Below are positions 12,053 to 22,468 of a stretch of DNA of 64,000 nt, in pieces (within the stretch, counting starts at the first letter, position 1; every line of letters starts with the position of its first letter). Origin of the DNA: Anaeromyxobacter sp. Lineage in GTDB: Bacteria > Myxococcota > Myxococcia > Myxococcales > Anaeromyxobacteraceae. The notes beneath the pieces are model-generated. The model saw nothing but the letters and a program-made list of their open reading frames with translations, did not search any database and was not told the origin of the DNA. The position numbers and the translations under genes were made by a program. Where the stretch lies: contig JASGJN010000021.1 of NCBI GenBank assembly GCA_049840735.1, positions 256,001 through 320,000 on the forward strand. Direction: 5' to 3'.

Positions 12053-13151
12053 ATGCGGCCCAGCAGCCTCGATCAGGACGTCGCCAGCCTCTTCTGCGTC
12101 GGCTTCCACGGTCAATCCCCGTCCCTCGAGGTCCTGGACCTCATCCGCCGCGGTGTCCACGGCGTCATCCTCTTCGCCCGCAACGTGGGCGAGGCCGAGC
12201 AGGTGGCCGGCCTGGTGGCCGACCTGAAGCGGGCGGCCCGGCGGCCGCTGCTCGTGTCGATCGACCAGGAGGGCGGCCGGGTGGCGCGGCTGCGCGCCCG
12301 CCACGGCTTCACCGAGGTCCCGCCCATGCGCGCCATCGGCCAGACCGGCGACGAGCTGCTGGCGCGGCAGGTGGGCGGGCTGCTCGGGCGCGAGCTGCGC
12401 GCGGTGGGCATCGACCAGGACTATGCGCCCTGCGTGGACGTGGACACCAACCCGCAGAACCCCGTCATCGGCGATCGCTCCTTCTCGCGCGACCCGGGAC
12501 AGGTGGGCTGGCTGGGCGCGGCGCTGGCGCAGGGGCTCCAGGGCGCCGGCGTGGCTGCCTGCGCCAAGCACTTCCCCGGCCACGGCGACACCAGCCAGGA
12601 CTCGCACAAGGACCTGCCGCGCCTCCCGCACACGCTGGAGCGGCTGCGCCGGGTGGAGCTGCCGCCCTTCGAGGCGCTGGCCCGGGCCGGCGTGGCCTCG
12701 ATGATGACCGCGCACGTGGTCTTCGAGGCCATCGAATCCGTCGCGCCCGGCCACCATCTCGCCGCCGGTGATCCGCCTCCTGCGCGAGGAGGTCGGCTTC
12801 GAGGGCTGCTGCATCTCCGACGATCTGGAGATGAAGGCGGTGGCCGAGCACGTGCCGCTGGAGGAGGCCGCCCCCGGCGCGGTGCTGGCTGGCGTCGACG
12901 CGCTCCTGGTATGCCACACCGCCGCCGTGCAGCACCGGGCCATCGACCTGGTGCGCCGCGCCGTGGAGGACGGCCGGATTCCCCGCGAGCGGCTCGCCCA
13001 GGCGAGGGCCCGCGTGGCCAAGCTGCTGACCTGGGCCGGCCCGCCGCCTGATCCCCGTCAAGCGCAGCAGCTGCTGCGCACGCCGGAGCACCTCGCCCTC
13101 GCCGCGCGCATCCCCCCGCTGGCCACCGGCGAGGACCCTACCGCCGCCTAG
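12053..13151 (+). CDS. nagZ: Beta-N-acetylhexosaminidase (GH3); +1 frameshift at 12734-12738
   Basis: GVILFARN, DQEGGRV, KHFPGHGD..DSH, SDDLEM. Removing one A restores IDPSRPATIS. Confidence 0.92.
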
Positions 13152-13205
13152 TGCGCTCCACGGCCGCACCTGCGAACGCGGGGCTCGCTCGCTCGCCAAC
13201 GTTTG

Positions 13206-14273
13206 CTAGAGTGCGATCCGTGGCGAGCGGCGCACGCTTCCACGCTCGAACAGCCCAGCGCGCCGCTCGCCATTCTTCATGGGGCGGCGCCTGCCGCTCG
13301 GCCCCGGCCCAGCGTGCCGTCCCCGCTCCAGCCGCTCGAACGCGTCCGCGATGGCCTGCCGGATCGCCTCCCGGTGGAGCAGCACCGCCGAGACGTGGCC
13401 GGCCGGGAGCCAGCGCAGCTCGCAGCCCCAGTGGTCGGCGATCTTGCGCATCTCCGCCGGCGGCACCACGCCGTCCTCCGCGGTGCCCACCACGATGGCC
13501 GCCTCCGGCGCGCGCGGCGGCGGCAGCGCCTTCACGCTGAAGCGCGAGAGGTGCCGGCAGAGCGCGCGCCGCGCCTCCTCCGGCCCGGGCCCCAGCGCGC
13601 TCCAGCGGGCCACCTCGCGCAGCACGCCCTCCTCGAAGACCGACACCGGCGAGCAGCTCGGCGCCACCGGCACCACCGCGAGGGGGAAGCGCGTGGCCTG
13701 CCCCACCATCGCCGCCAGCTGCCCGCCCATGCTGTAGCCGGTCACGCCCAGCAGCGGCGCGGCGCCCGTCTCGCGCAGCCAGCGGAGCAGCGCGCGCGCC
13801 TCCTGCACCGTGGCGGCCGCCATGAGCTGGAGATCGGAGACGCAGCGCACCGCGTAGGTGGGCTGCCCGGGCGGCCGGCGGCTGCCGTAGAACGGGTTCT
13901 CCAGGATCAGCGCGCCGATCCCGCGCGCCAGCAGCGGCGCCGCCAGCAGCTGGCGGAAGCGGAAGCCCTCGTCCCCCGAGGCCGCCAGGTGCACGGCGAT
14001 CCCGCGCGCCTTCCCCGGCGGGACGAGCAGCCGGACGCGGGCCGTCCGCGCGGCGGGGGGCAGGCGCGGCTCGGGGCTCTCGAAGTGCCCCTCCAGCAGC
14101 CGGCCACCCCTCACCCGGCCGATCGGCGTGAGCCGCAGGCCGATCCGCGCCGGCCGGAGCCGGGCCAGCTCGACCGGCGCGTCCGAGGGCAGCACGGCCG
14201 GATCGCCCCAGCCATCCACGAAGAACTTCTCGCGGGGGCTGACGAGGCCGAAGAGGCGGTCGAGGAGGTGCAC
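13206..14273 (-). CDS. Alpha/beta hydrolase (ABHD18/DUF2048-like)
   Basis: FFVDGWG N-terminus, ENPFYGSRRP, GYSMGG nucleophile elbow, GHVSA. Confidence 0.8.
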   Translation of the reverse strand: MHLLDRLFGLVSPREKFFVDGWGDPAVLPSDAPVELARLRPARIGLRLTPIGRVRGGRLLEGHFESPEPRLPPAARTARVRLLVPPGKARGIAVHLAASGDEGFRFRQLLAAPLLARGIGALILENPFYGSRRPPGQPTYAVRCVSDLQLMAAATVQEARALLRWLRETGAAPLLGVTGYSMGGQLAAMVGQATRFPLAVVPVAPSCSPVSVFEEGVLREVARWSALGPGPEEARRALCRHLSRFSVKALPPPRAPEAAIVVGTAEDGVVPPAEMRKIADHWGCELRWLPAGHVSAVLLHREAIRQAIADAFERLERGRHAGPGPSGRRRPMKNGERRAGLFERGSVRRSPRIAL

Positions 14274-14368
14274 GCCTGCAATGTACGCACGAAGGGTCCG
14301 TGGCGCAGGGTCGCGATGCGTGCGGCGAGGCGGCCCAGAGGCGTTCGACCGTGAGGCGCTCCTGGCCT

Positions 14369-14973
14369 GGGCTTCGACTCCGCGAGCCCTGCGGGCTCGC
14401 TACGCTCAGCCCGAACGGCGGTGGACCACCCGTTCGCCTGCGCCCAGTCCGAACGGTGGTGGACCACCCGTTCGCCTACGCCCAGTCCGGACAGCGGTGG
14501 ACCACCCGTTCGCCTACGCTCAGGCCGAACGGCGGTGGACCACCCGTTCGCCTACGCTCAGGCCGAACGGCGGTGGACCACCCGTTCGCCTACGCCCAGG
14601 CCGAACGGCGGTGGACCACCCGTTCGCCTACGCCCAGTCCGGACGGCGGTGGACCACCCGTTCGCCTACGCCCAGTCCGAACGGTGGTGGACCATCCGTT
14701 CGCCTACGCTCGGCCCGAACGGCGGTGGACCACCCGTTCGCCTACGCCCAGTCCGGACAGCGGCGGACCACCCGTTCGCCTACGCCCAGTCCGGACAGCG
14801 GTGGACCACCCGTTCGCCTACGCCCAGTCCGGACAGCGGTGGACCACCCGTTCGCCTACGCCCAGTCCGGACAGCGGTGGACCACCCGTTCGCCTGCGCC
14901 CAGTCCGGACAGCGGTGGACCACCCGTTCGCCCTGAGCGTAGCCGCGGCGAAGCCGCGGCGGAGTCGAAGGGC
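14369..14973. repeat. Inverted REP pair enclosing 13 tandem 38 bp units
   Basis: GTGGACCACCCGTTCG recurs every 38 bp from 14421 to 14915; full REPs at 14369-14418 and 14924-14973. Confidence 0.95.
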
Positions 14974-14990
14974 GCTGCCTGCCTGGCCCT

Positions 14991-16340
14991 TCAGGTCCGA
15001 TCGAGGATCTTGAGCGCCACCAGCCCGTACAGGAAGCCGTAGACGGTGTGCTCCGGCCGCTGGGCCACGTGGATCAGCTCGGCCAGCGTGCGCGTGCCGT
15101 CCACCTTGGGCAGGAGCTCCGCCTCCCAGCGCTCCAACTCCACCTCGTGGAGGCCGAAGGCCGGCTCGGGCGACGGGATGAGCCGCTCCTCCGGCGAGAG
15201 CAGCTTGAAGAGCCGCTCCGGCTTGTACAGCTTCTTCACGCCGCGGGTGATGAGGTGGGCCGGGTGGAGGTCCACCTTGATCGACTCCTTCTCGGCTCGG
15301 TCGGCGAAGTGGAGGCGGTACTCGCCCTCCTCCCAGGCGAAGACCGAGTAGACGATGGCCTTCACCTGCTGTGCGACGTAGTAGAGCTTCTCCGCCTCCT
15401 TGAGGAGGCCCATCTCCACCAGCACGTCGCCGGTGCGCCGGCCGGTCTTGTCGGCCGCGGCCTGGCACAGCTCCAGCTGCGCCTGCGTGATCTTCCCCAC
15501 GCGCACCAGGAACGGGCCGAACCGGTCCGTCACCAGGTTGGAGATGGCGAAGCAGGGGCGGCCCTTCTCGAAGTAGATGGTCTTCTTGACCTTGCCCTTC
15601 TGCAGGGTCAGCTCACCGGTCTGCTGGGCCAGGTGGAAGGCCGTGATCAGCTCGGGGAGGTTCTCCTCCAGCTTCCCCTCGGTGTGCGAGAGGTCATGGC
15701 GCCGGGCCTGCACGTCGGCCGCGCGCGGCGGCTGGGCGGGGACGGGCGGCGGGCGGGCGGGGGTGCCCACCGGGCCGGCGGTGATGGTCTCGCCGCGCAT
15801 CACCGCCGAGACCTTGCCGCCCTCGGTCAGCGTCACGCGCCCGGTCAGCTCCATGGCCTCGACCGGCTCGTCGGTCTCGACCGCGACCTCCACGTCGAAG
15901 TCGTTCAGCTCGGTGACCGGGGGACGCCGGGTGTGGGGGCTGGGGGTGGTGAAGGTGGGGCGGGGCGGCGGCGCGGAGGAGGGCACCAGGCCGCGCAGCG
16001 CCTCCATCAGCTTGCGGGCCTCGAAGGGCTTCTCGAAGTAGCCCGCCGCGCCGTGCTGGGTGCGGGCGTCGGTGGCCGCCCGGCCCCCCTTGAAGACGCC
16101 GGTCATGAAGAGGAAGGGGACCTGCGCGTTCTTGAGGGCGTGGGCGACGTCGTAGCCCATCATGTCGGGCAGGAGCACATCCACCACCGCCGCCACCGGC
16201 TGCTCGGCGACCAGCTTGTCCAGCGCGGTCCGGCCCTTGGCCGCGGTCACCGCGACCCACCCCTCCGCCTCGATCAGCCGGGCGAGCAGCGTCAGCAGCT
16301 CCTGGTTGTCGTCCACCAGCAGGATCTTGTGAGGAGGCAC
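14991..16340 (-). CDS. Response regulator receiver plus DUF4388-like domain protein
   Basis: ILLVDD/DVLLP/KPF receiver motifs, Pro-rich linker, 'TGELTL..KTIYFEKG' and 'FAWEEGEY' DUF4388-type motifs. Confidence 0.82.
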   Translation of the reverse strand: MPPHKILLVDDNQELLTLLARLIEAEGWVAVTAAKGRTALDKLVAEQPVAAVVDVLLPDMMGYDVAHALKNAQVPFLFMTGVFKGGRAATDARTQHGAAGYFEKPFEARKLMEALRGLVPSSAPPPRPTFTTPSPHTRRPPVTELNDFDVEVAVETDEPVEAMELTGRVTLTEGGKVSAVMRGETITAGPVGTPARPPPVPAQPPRAADVQARRHDLSHTEGKLEENLPELITAFHLAQQTGELTLQKGKVKKTIYFEKGRPCFAISNLVTDRFGPFLVRVGKITQAQLELCQAAADKTGRRTGDVLVEMGLLKEAEKLYYVAQQVKAIVYSVFAWEEGEYRLHFADRAEKESIKVDLHPAHLITRGVKKLYKPERLFKLLSPEERLIPSPEPAFGLHEVELERWEAELLPKVDGTRTLAELIHVAQRPEHTVYGFLYGLVALKILDRT

Positions 16341-16493
16341 GGCGCGACCATACCGGGGGTGTGGTGCCCGATCAACGGCGCGTACCCCGGCCGAGCGACC
16401 GGCGCACCTCCCCGGCGGGTGCCCGGTCGTCAGGCGGGGTGCCTGCCCACCGGGCGGGCCCCGTCCTGCTGCAACCGCCCGTGCAGGCTCGCG

Positions 16494-16523
16494 TTGACAA
16501 GCCGCTCGGTAGGCAAGTAAGCA
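16494..16523 (+). promoter_or_regulatory. Putative sigma-70 promoter of the liv operon
   Basis: Perfect TTGACA at 16494 followed by AT-rich TAAGCAAAT; AGGAGG RBS precedes the ATG at 16607. Confidence 0.4.
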
Positions 16524-16606
16524 AATCTCCTCTCTTCAGCGACACCCCCATGGCGTCGATCCGCACCGCGGGTCCGCGGCCCTGGGGTGCCCACAGGAGG
16601 TAGGCG

Positions 16607-17744
16607 ATGGCGTACGTGCGCACGGCGGCGCTGGCGGCCCTGGTCCTGGCGGTCGGCTGCACCCGGAAGCAGGCGGCAGACGAGATCCTCATCGGCCACG
16701 TCGCGTCCCTGACCGGCACGGAGGCCACCTTCGGCACCTCCACCGACAACGGCATCAAGCTCGCCCTGGAGGAGGCCAACAAGAAGGGCGGCGTGAAGGG
16801 GAAGAAGCTGGTCCTCAAGACGCTCGACAACCAGGGGCAGGCGCAGGCCTCCGCCCAGGCGGCCAAGCGGCTGGTGGACGACAAGAATCACCGTGCTGCT
16901 GGGCGAGGTGGCCTCCACCCGCTCGCTGGCCATGGCGCCCATCGCCGACGCGGCCCACGTGCCGATGATCTCGCCGTCCTCGACCAACCCCCGCGTGACC
17001 AAGGACGGCGACAACACCCGGCCCTTCGTCTTCCGCGTGTGCTTCATCGACCCGTTCCAGGGGACGGTGATGGCCACCTTCGCGCACGACAACCTGAAGA
17101 TGACCAAGGTGGCCATCCTGCGCGACGTCGGGTCGGACTACTCGGTGGGCCTGGCCAACTACTTCGCGCAGAAGTTCACCGAGCTGGGCGGGCAGGTCGT
17201 GAGCGACCAGAGCTTCAAGGCCGGCGACCCGGACTTCAAGGCCCAGCTCACGCAGATCCGCCAGGCCAACCCCGAGGCCATCTTCGTCCCCGGCTACTAC
17301 ACCGACGTGGGGCTCATCGCCGTGCAGGCGCGCGAGCTGGGCATGAAGCAGCCGCTGCTGGGCGGCGACGGCTGGGACTCCACCAAGCTCTACGAGATCG
17401 CCCAGGGCGCGCTCGACGGCTCCTACTTCTCCAACCACTACTCCCAGGACAACCCGGACCCGGTCATCCAGGAGTTCGTGAAGAAGTACGCCGAGAAGTT
17501 CGGCGAGAAGCCGGACGGCCTGGCCGCCACCGGCTACGACGCCGCGCTGGTGGCCATCGACGCCATGAACCGGGCGCCGGATCTCTCCGGGCCGGCCATC
17601 GCCAAGGCCATCGCCGACATCAAGGCCTTCCGCGGCGTCTCCGGCACCATCAGCATCGACGCCAACCACAACGCCGTGAAGTCGGCGGTGGTGCTCGGCA
17701 TCGAGAACAACGCCGCCACGTTCAAGGCGACCGTCAACCCGTAG
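16607..17744 (+). CDS. Branched-chain amino acid ABC transporter substrate-binding lipoprotein; +1 frameshift at 16885-16889
   Basis: Lipobox AVGC, LivJ/K-type motifs (FRVCFIDPFQG, GGDGWD, GYDA); two frames joined by removing one A. Confidence 0.9.
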
Positions 17745-17791
17745 TCCCGGCGCCCGCCCGCCGCTCCCTGGCGGCCGGCGGGCGTTCCCGC

Positions 17792-18712
17792 GTGACCGAG
17801 TTCCTCCAGCACCTCGTCAACGGCCTCTCCGTCGGCACCATCTACGCCCTCGTCGCCCTGGGCTACACGATGGTCTACGGCGTCCTGAAGCTCATCAACT
17901 TCGCCCACGGCGACGTCTACATGGTGGGCGCCTTCTCCGGCTACTACCTGGGGACGGCCGCCATCCTGCGCGACCAGCCCAGCTTCATCCGGGCCTCGCT
18001 GGTGACGCTGGGCGCGATGGTCATCTGCGGCCTGCTGGGCTGGGCCATCGAGCGGTTCGCCTACCGGCCGCTGCGAAGCCGCCCGCGGCTGACCGCGCTC
18101 ATCACCGCCATCGGCGTCTCCTTCCTGCTGGAGTACGGCTTCCAGCTCCACTTCCCCGGGCTCTCGTTCCCGCCCGGCCCCACGCCGCGCCTCTTCCCGC
18201 GCATCATCCCCAAGGAGACCTTCACCGCCCTGGGCGTGAACGTCTCCAGCCATAACGTGATCGGCCTGGCGGTGGCGGTGGCGCTCATGCTCGGGCTGCA
18301 GTGGATCGTCTTCCGGACGCGGTTCGGGATGGCCATGCGCGCGGTCTCCTTCGACCCGCAGGTGGCCTCGCTGATGGGCATCCCGGTGAACCGGATCATC
18401 TCCTGGACCTTCGTGCTCGGCTCGGTGCTGGCCGCCGCCGCCGGGATCATCAGCGCCACCGCCAAGTACCGCATCGACCCGCTCTTCGGGCTCAACTACG
18501 GCCTCAAGGCCTTCGTGGCGGCGGTGCTGGGAGGGATCGGCAGCGTGCCGGGCGCCATGGTGGGCGGGCTGGTGCTGGGGTTGGCCGAGGAGTACGTGGC
18601 GGGGTACACGGCGTCGTCCTGGCGCGACGCCATCGCCTTCACCGTGCTGATCCTGGTGCTGCTGGTCCGGCCCGAGGGGCTGTTCGGACGCGTCACGGTG
18701 GAGAAGGTCTAG
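17792..18712 (+). CDS. livH: Branched-chain amino acid ABC transporter permease
   Basis: [38 protein letters not shown]. Confidence 0.93.
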   Translation: MTEFLQHLVNGLSVGTIYALVALGYTMVYGVLKLINFAHGDVYMVGAFSGYYLGTAAILRDQPSFIRASLVTLGAMVICGLLGWAIERFAYRPLRSRPRLTALITAIGVSFLLEYGFQLHFPGLSFPPGPTPRLFPRIIPKETFTALGVNVSSHNVIGLAVAVALMLGLQWIVFRTRFGMAMRAVSFDPQVASLMGIPVNRIISWTFVLGSVLAAAAGIISATAKYRIDPLFGLNYGLKAFVAAVLGGIGSVPGAMVGGLVLGLAEEYVAGYTASSWRDAIAFTVLILVLLVRPEGLFGRVTVEKV

Positions 18713-19789
18713 TGGCCACCGCGCCCCCGTCCTCCCGCCGGCTCTCGCCCGTGCTCTGGCTGCTGCGATCCCTGCTGCCGTTCCTGGTCGGCGTCCCCCT
18801 GCTCTACGGCGTGCAGGTCGCGCTGGAGGCGGCCGGGCAGGGCTTCCTGGCCTACCTGCTGCTCCTGGCAGGCGTGAACGTCATCCTGGCGGTCTCGCTC
18901 AACGTGGTGAACGGCTTCACCGGCCAGTTCTCCCTGGGTCACGCCGGCTTCATGGCGGTGGGCGCCTACACCTCCGCCCTGATCACCCTGGCGCTCGGCG
19001 CCGGAGGCTCGCTGGGGCTGCCGCCCGCGCTGGGTAGCGAGCTGGTCTTCGCGGTGGCGCTGGGCGCCGGCATGGCCGCCGCCGCGCTGGCCGGCTTCCT
19101 GGTGGGCATGCCCTCGCTGCGGCTGCGCGGCGACTACCTGGCCATCGTCACGCTCGGCTTCGGCGAGAATCATCCGCAGCACCATCGAGAACATCCCGGC
19201 GCTGGGCCGCGCGGCCGGGCTCTCCGGCCTGCCGCTCCTCACCAACCTGCCCTGGGTGGGCGCGGGGGCCATCGCCACGGTGGTGATGGCCCGCCGCCTG
19301 GCCGTCTCCACCCAGGGGCGCGCGCTCTTCGCCATCCGCGAGGACGAGGTGGCCGCCGAGGCCATGGGCGTGGACACCACCGGCTACAAGGTGCGGGCCT
19401 TCGTCATCTCCGCCGCCTACGCCGGGCTGGCGGGCGGCCTGGTGGCCCACCTGATCCTGTCGATCGCGCCCAAGTCCTTCACGTTCGTGCAGTCCATCGA
19501 GGTGGTGGTGATGGTGGTGCTGGGCGGGCTGGGCTCCATCACCGGCTCGGTCGTGGCGGCGCTGCTGCTCACCTTCGGCCTGGAGTGGCTGCGGGCGTTC
19601 GAGCAGTACCGCATGGTCGTCTACGCGCTGCTCCTGATCGCCCTGATGCTGGTCCGCCCCCAGGGCATCTTCGGCACCCGCGAGCTGTGGGACCTGCCCA
19701 TCTTCCGCCGCCGCGGCCGCGCCCCGGCGCCGGCCGGCGCCCCGCCCACCACCGTGCGCGACGACTCGACCGCGGGAGGCCAGCCGTGA
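18712..19789 (+). CDS. livM: Branched-chain amino acid ABC transporter permease; +1 frameshift at 19167-19171
   Basis: [34 protein letters not shown]. Confidence 0.9.
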
Positions 19790-20614
19790 GCGCCGGCCCC
19801 TCGCTCCAGGCCGAGCACGTCACCATGCGCTTCGGCGGCCTGCGGGCCCTGTCCGACTTCAACCTCACGCTCCGCCCCGGCGAGCTGGTGGCGCTGATCG
19901 GCCCCAACGGCGCCGGCAAGACCACCGCCTTCAACGCCATCACCGGCGTCTACACGCCCACCGAGGGCGACGTCCGCGTGGGCGGCCAGCGCGTGAACGG
20001 GCTGCGCCCGCACCAGATCTGCGCCCGCGGCGTGGCCCGCACCTTCCAGAACATCAGGCTCTTCCAGGAGCTCTCGGCGCTCGACAACGTGCGGGTGGCC
20101 TGCCACGCCGGCGCGAAGAGCGGCTTCTTCGACGCGCTCTTCCTCACGCCGCACCACCGGGCCGAGGAGGCGCGCATCCTGGCGCGCGCCGAGCAGTTCC
20201 TGGAGGTGATGGGGCTCTCGCACCGGCGCGGCGAGACCGCCAGGAACCTGCCCTACGGCGAGCGGCGCCGGCTGGAGATCGCCCGCGCCCTGGCCACCGG
20301 CCCGCGCGTGCTCTGCCTGGACGAGCCCGCCGCCGGCATGAACGCCTCGGAGAAGGTGGAGCTGATGGCGGCTGATCCGCTCCATCCGCGACCGCTTCGG
20401 CCTGGCGGTCCTCCTCATCGAGCACGACATGCGGCTGGTGATGGGCGTCTCGGAGCGCGTGCTGGTGCTGGACCATGGCGTGACCATCGCCGAGGGGCGG
20501 CCGGAGGCCATCCGGAAGGATCCCAAGGTGATCGAGGCCTACCTGGGCGACGCCTACCTCGAGGAGCAGCGGATGGCCGTGCCGGCCCGGACGGACGGGG
20601 AGGGCGCGCCGTGA
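19786..20614 (+). CDS. livG: Branched-chain amino acid ABC transporter ATP-binding protein; +1 frameshift near 20368
   Basis: [31 protein letters not shown]. Confidence 0.9.
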
Positions 20615-21327
20615 GCGACACCGTGCTCCGCGTCAGCGACCTCCACGTCCACTACGGCGCCATCGAGGCGCTGCGCGGCGTGTCGCTCCAGGTCGCGAAG
20701 GGGCAGGTGGTGGCCCTGATCGGCGCAAACGGCGCGGGCAAGACCACCACGCTCCGCGCCATCTCCCGCATGCTGCGCGCCAGCAGCGGGGCGGTGGAGT
20801 TCGAGGGGCAGGACATCACCCGGGTCCCGCCGCACGCGCTGGTGGCCCGCGGCATGGCCCACGCGCCGGAGGGGCGCGGCATCTTCCTCAACCTGACCGT
20901 CCGCGAGAACCTCGAGCTGGGCGCCTACCTGCGCACCGACAAGGCCGGGATCGTCAAGGACGCCGAGCGCGCCTACCAGCTCTTCCCCATCCTGGCGGAG
21001 CGCAAGGCGCAGGTGTGCGGCACGCTCTCCGGCGGCGAGCAGCAGATGCTGGCCGTGGCCCGCGCGCTGATGAGCCGCCCGCGGCTGCTCCTGCTGGACG
21101 AGCCGTCGCTGGGGCTGGCCCCGCAGATCGTGGAGCGGATCTTCGGCGTGCTGCGCGAGGTGAACCAGGACGGCGTGGCGCTCTTGCTGGTGGAGCAGAA
21201 CGCGCACAAGGCGCTGCAGCTGGCCCACCGCGCCTACGTGCTGGAGACCGGCAGCGTGGTGATGCAGGGCACCGGCCGCGAGCTGCTGGCCTCGCCCGAG
21301 GTGCGCAAGGCGTACCTGGGGGAGTGA
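20611..21327 (+). CDS. livF: Branched-chain amino acid ABC transporter ATP-binding protein
   Basis: [36 protein letters not shown] end. Confidence 0.95.
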   Translation: MSDTVLRVSDLHVHYGAIEALRGVSLQVAKGQVVALIGANGAGKTTTLRAISRMLRASSGAVEFEGQDITRVPPHALVARGMAHAPEGRGIFLNLTVRENLELGAYLRTDKAGIVKDAERAYQLFPILAERKAQVCGTLSGGEQQMLAVARALMSRPRLLLLDEPSLGLAPQIVERIFGVLREVNQDGVALLLVEQNAHKALQLAHRAYVLETGSVVMQGTGRELLASPEVRKAYLGE

Positions 21328-21342
21328 GGGCGCTCGTCGCCT

Positions 21343-21586
21343 GGCCTTCGACTCCGGGCTCGCCTGCGGCGAGCCCTACGCTCAGGCCGAACGGGGTCGT
21401 GGCCTGAGGCTGAACGGGGGCGTGGGCACAGGCTGAGCGGGGGCGTGGGCACAGGCTGAGCGGGGGCGTGGCCACAGGCTGAACGGGGACGTGGGCCCAG
21501 TCCGAACGGTCGGGCCCAGGCCGAACGGCCAGTGGACCGTTCGCCCTGAGCGTAGCCGCGGCGACGCCGCGGCGGAGTCGAAGGGC
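21343..21586. repeat. Inverted REP pair enclosing about 6 degenerate 23 bp units, between convergent genes
   Basis: REPs at 21343-21394 and 21537-21586; the CAGGCTGA(A/G)CGG-like unit recurs every ~23 bp. Confidence 0.88.
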
Positions 21587-21597
21587 AGGCCCGGAGC

Positions 21598-22332
21598 TCA
21601 CGCCCTGGGCGGCGGCGGCAGCCCGTGGATCTGGTGATAGGTGAGGCTCTGCGCCACCGCCTGCAGCGTCAGGATCCCCACGCCGGCCGCCTCCACCAGC
21701 AGCTGCAGCGCCGTCACGTCCAGCCCCGGCTCGTCGCCGATGGCGGCCAGCGGGTAGAGCAGGGCGATCCCCAGCGCAGGGACCAGCAGCGCCAGCGGCA
21801 GGAGCCGCCACCAGTGCGGCCGCGTCACCTGCACGCTGCGGACGAGCGCCTCGAAGCCGGTCAGCTCCGGCTCGGAGATCAGGGTGGGCACGGCCAGCCA
21901 GAGCAGGGTGAAGGCCAGCAGGCCGGGCACGATCAGCAGCAGCACGTGGGTGCGGAGGTAGGGCAGCAGCGCCACGCCGTAGGTGCAGAGCGTGACCAGC
22001 ACCAGCGACGGGAGCAGCGACCAGACCTGCCCCACCAGCTGCTTGCCCGAGGGGGTGACCCGGCCCTGCGCCCAGCGCAGCGCCGCGGCGCTGACCGTCC
22101 CCTGCACCACCGCCAGCGTCGGCACGCCCAGCACCAGCCCCACCAGCGCCGCCCAGGGGTCCACGCCGCCGTTGGCGGCCTCGAGCTGGTCCAGCACGCG
22201 CTCGGCGAACAGGTACGGCAGCATCAGGATGAGCGGGAAGAGCCAGCAGACCCGGCCGTTGCGGACCCAGAGCAAAATGCTGCGGCCCAGCACCTGCCCG
22301 ACCTGCGGGGCTGCGCCCGGGGTGGAAGCCAT
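21598..22332 (-). CDS. Multi-pass membrane protein, function unknown
   Basis: About 6 hydrophobic helices; 'ALVRSVQVTRPHWWRL' and 'SLTYHQI' patterns of uncharacterised membrane proteins. Confidence 0.65.
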   Translation of the reverse strand: MASTPGAAPQVGQVLGRSILLWVRNGRVCWLFPLILMLPYLFAERVLDQLEAANGGVDPWAALVGLVLGVPTLAVVQGTVSAAALRWAQGRVTPSGKQLVGQVWSLLPSLVLVTLCTYGVALLPYLRTHVLLLIVPGLLAFTLLWLAVPTLISEPELTGFEALVRSVQVTRPHWWRLLPLALLVPALGIALLYPLAAIGDEPGLDVTALQLLVEAAGVGILTLQAVAQSLTYHQIHGLPPPPRA

Positions 22333-22468
22333 GTGCGGACCGGTGTCGGACACGCGGGGCGAAGCGTGCCACGCGGGACGCGCAGGGGGCAAGCGCGACC
22401 ACTGGGCCCACCTCACGCGGGCGTGAGGGGCTATGGTGCCCCGGGCCCTACACCCCCGGAGCCGGACC

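Noticed and set aside
14421..14930. CRISPR array
   Set aside because: Units are contiguous 38 bp near-identical repeats with no unique spacers, they derive from REP ends, and no cas genes are in the window.
14128..15042. Repeat-protein ORFs across the REP arrays (also 7079-7655, 8042-8620, 45730-48462)
   Set aside because: These are translations of stop-poor tandem repeats, open in several frames, with no RBS or coding-like codon bias.
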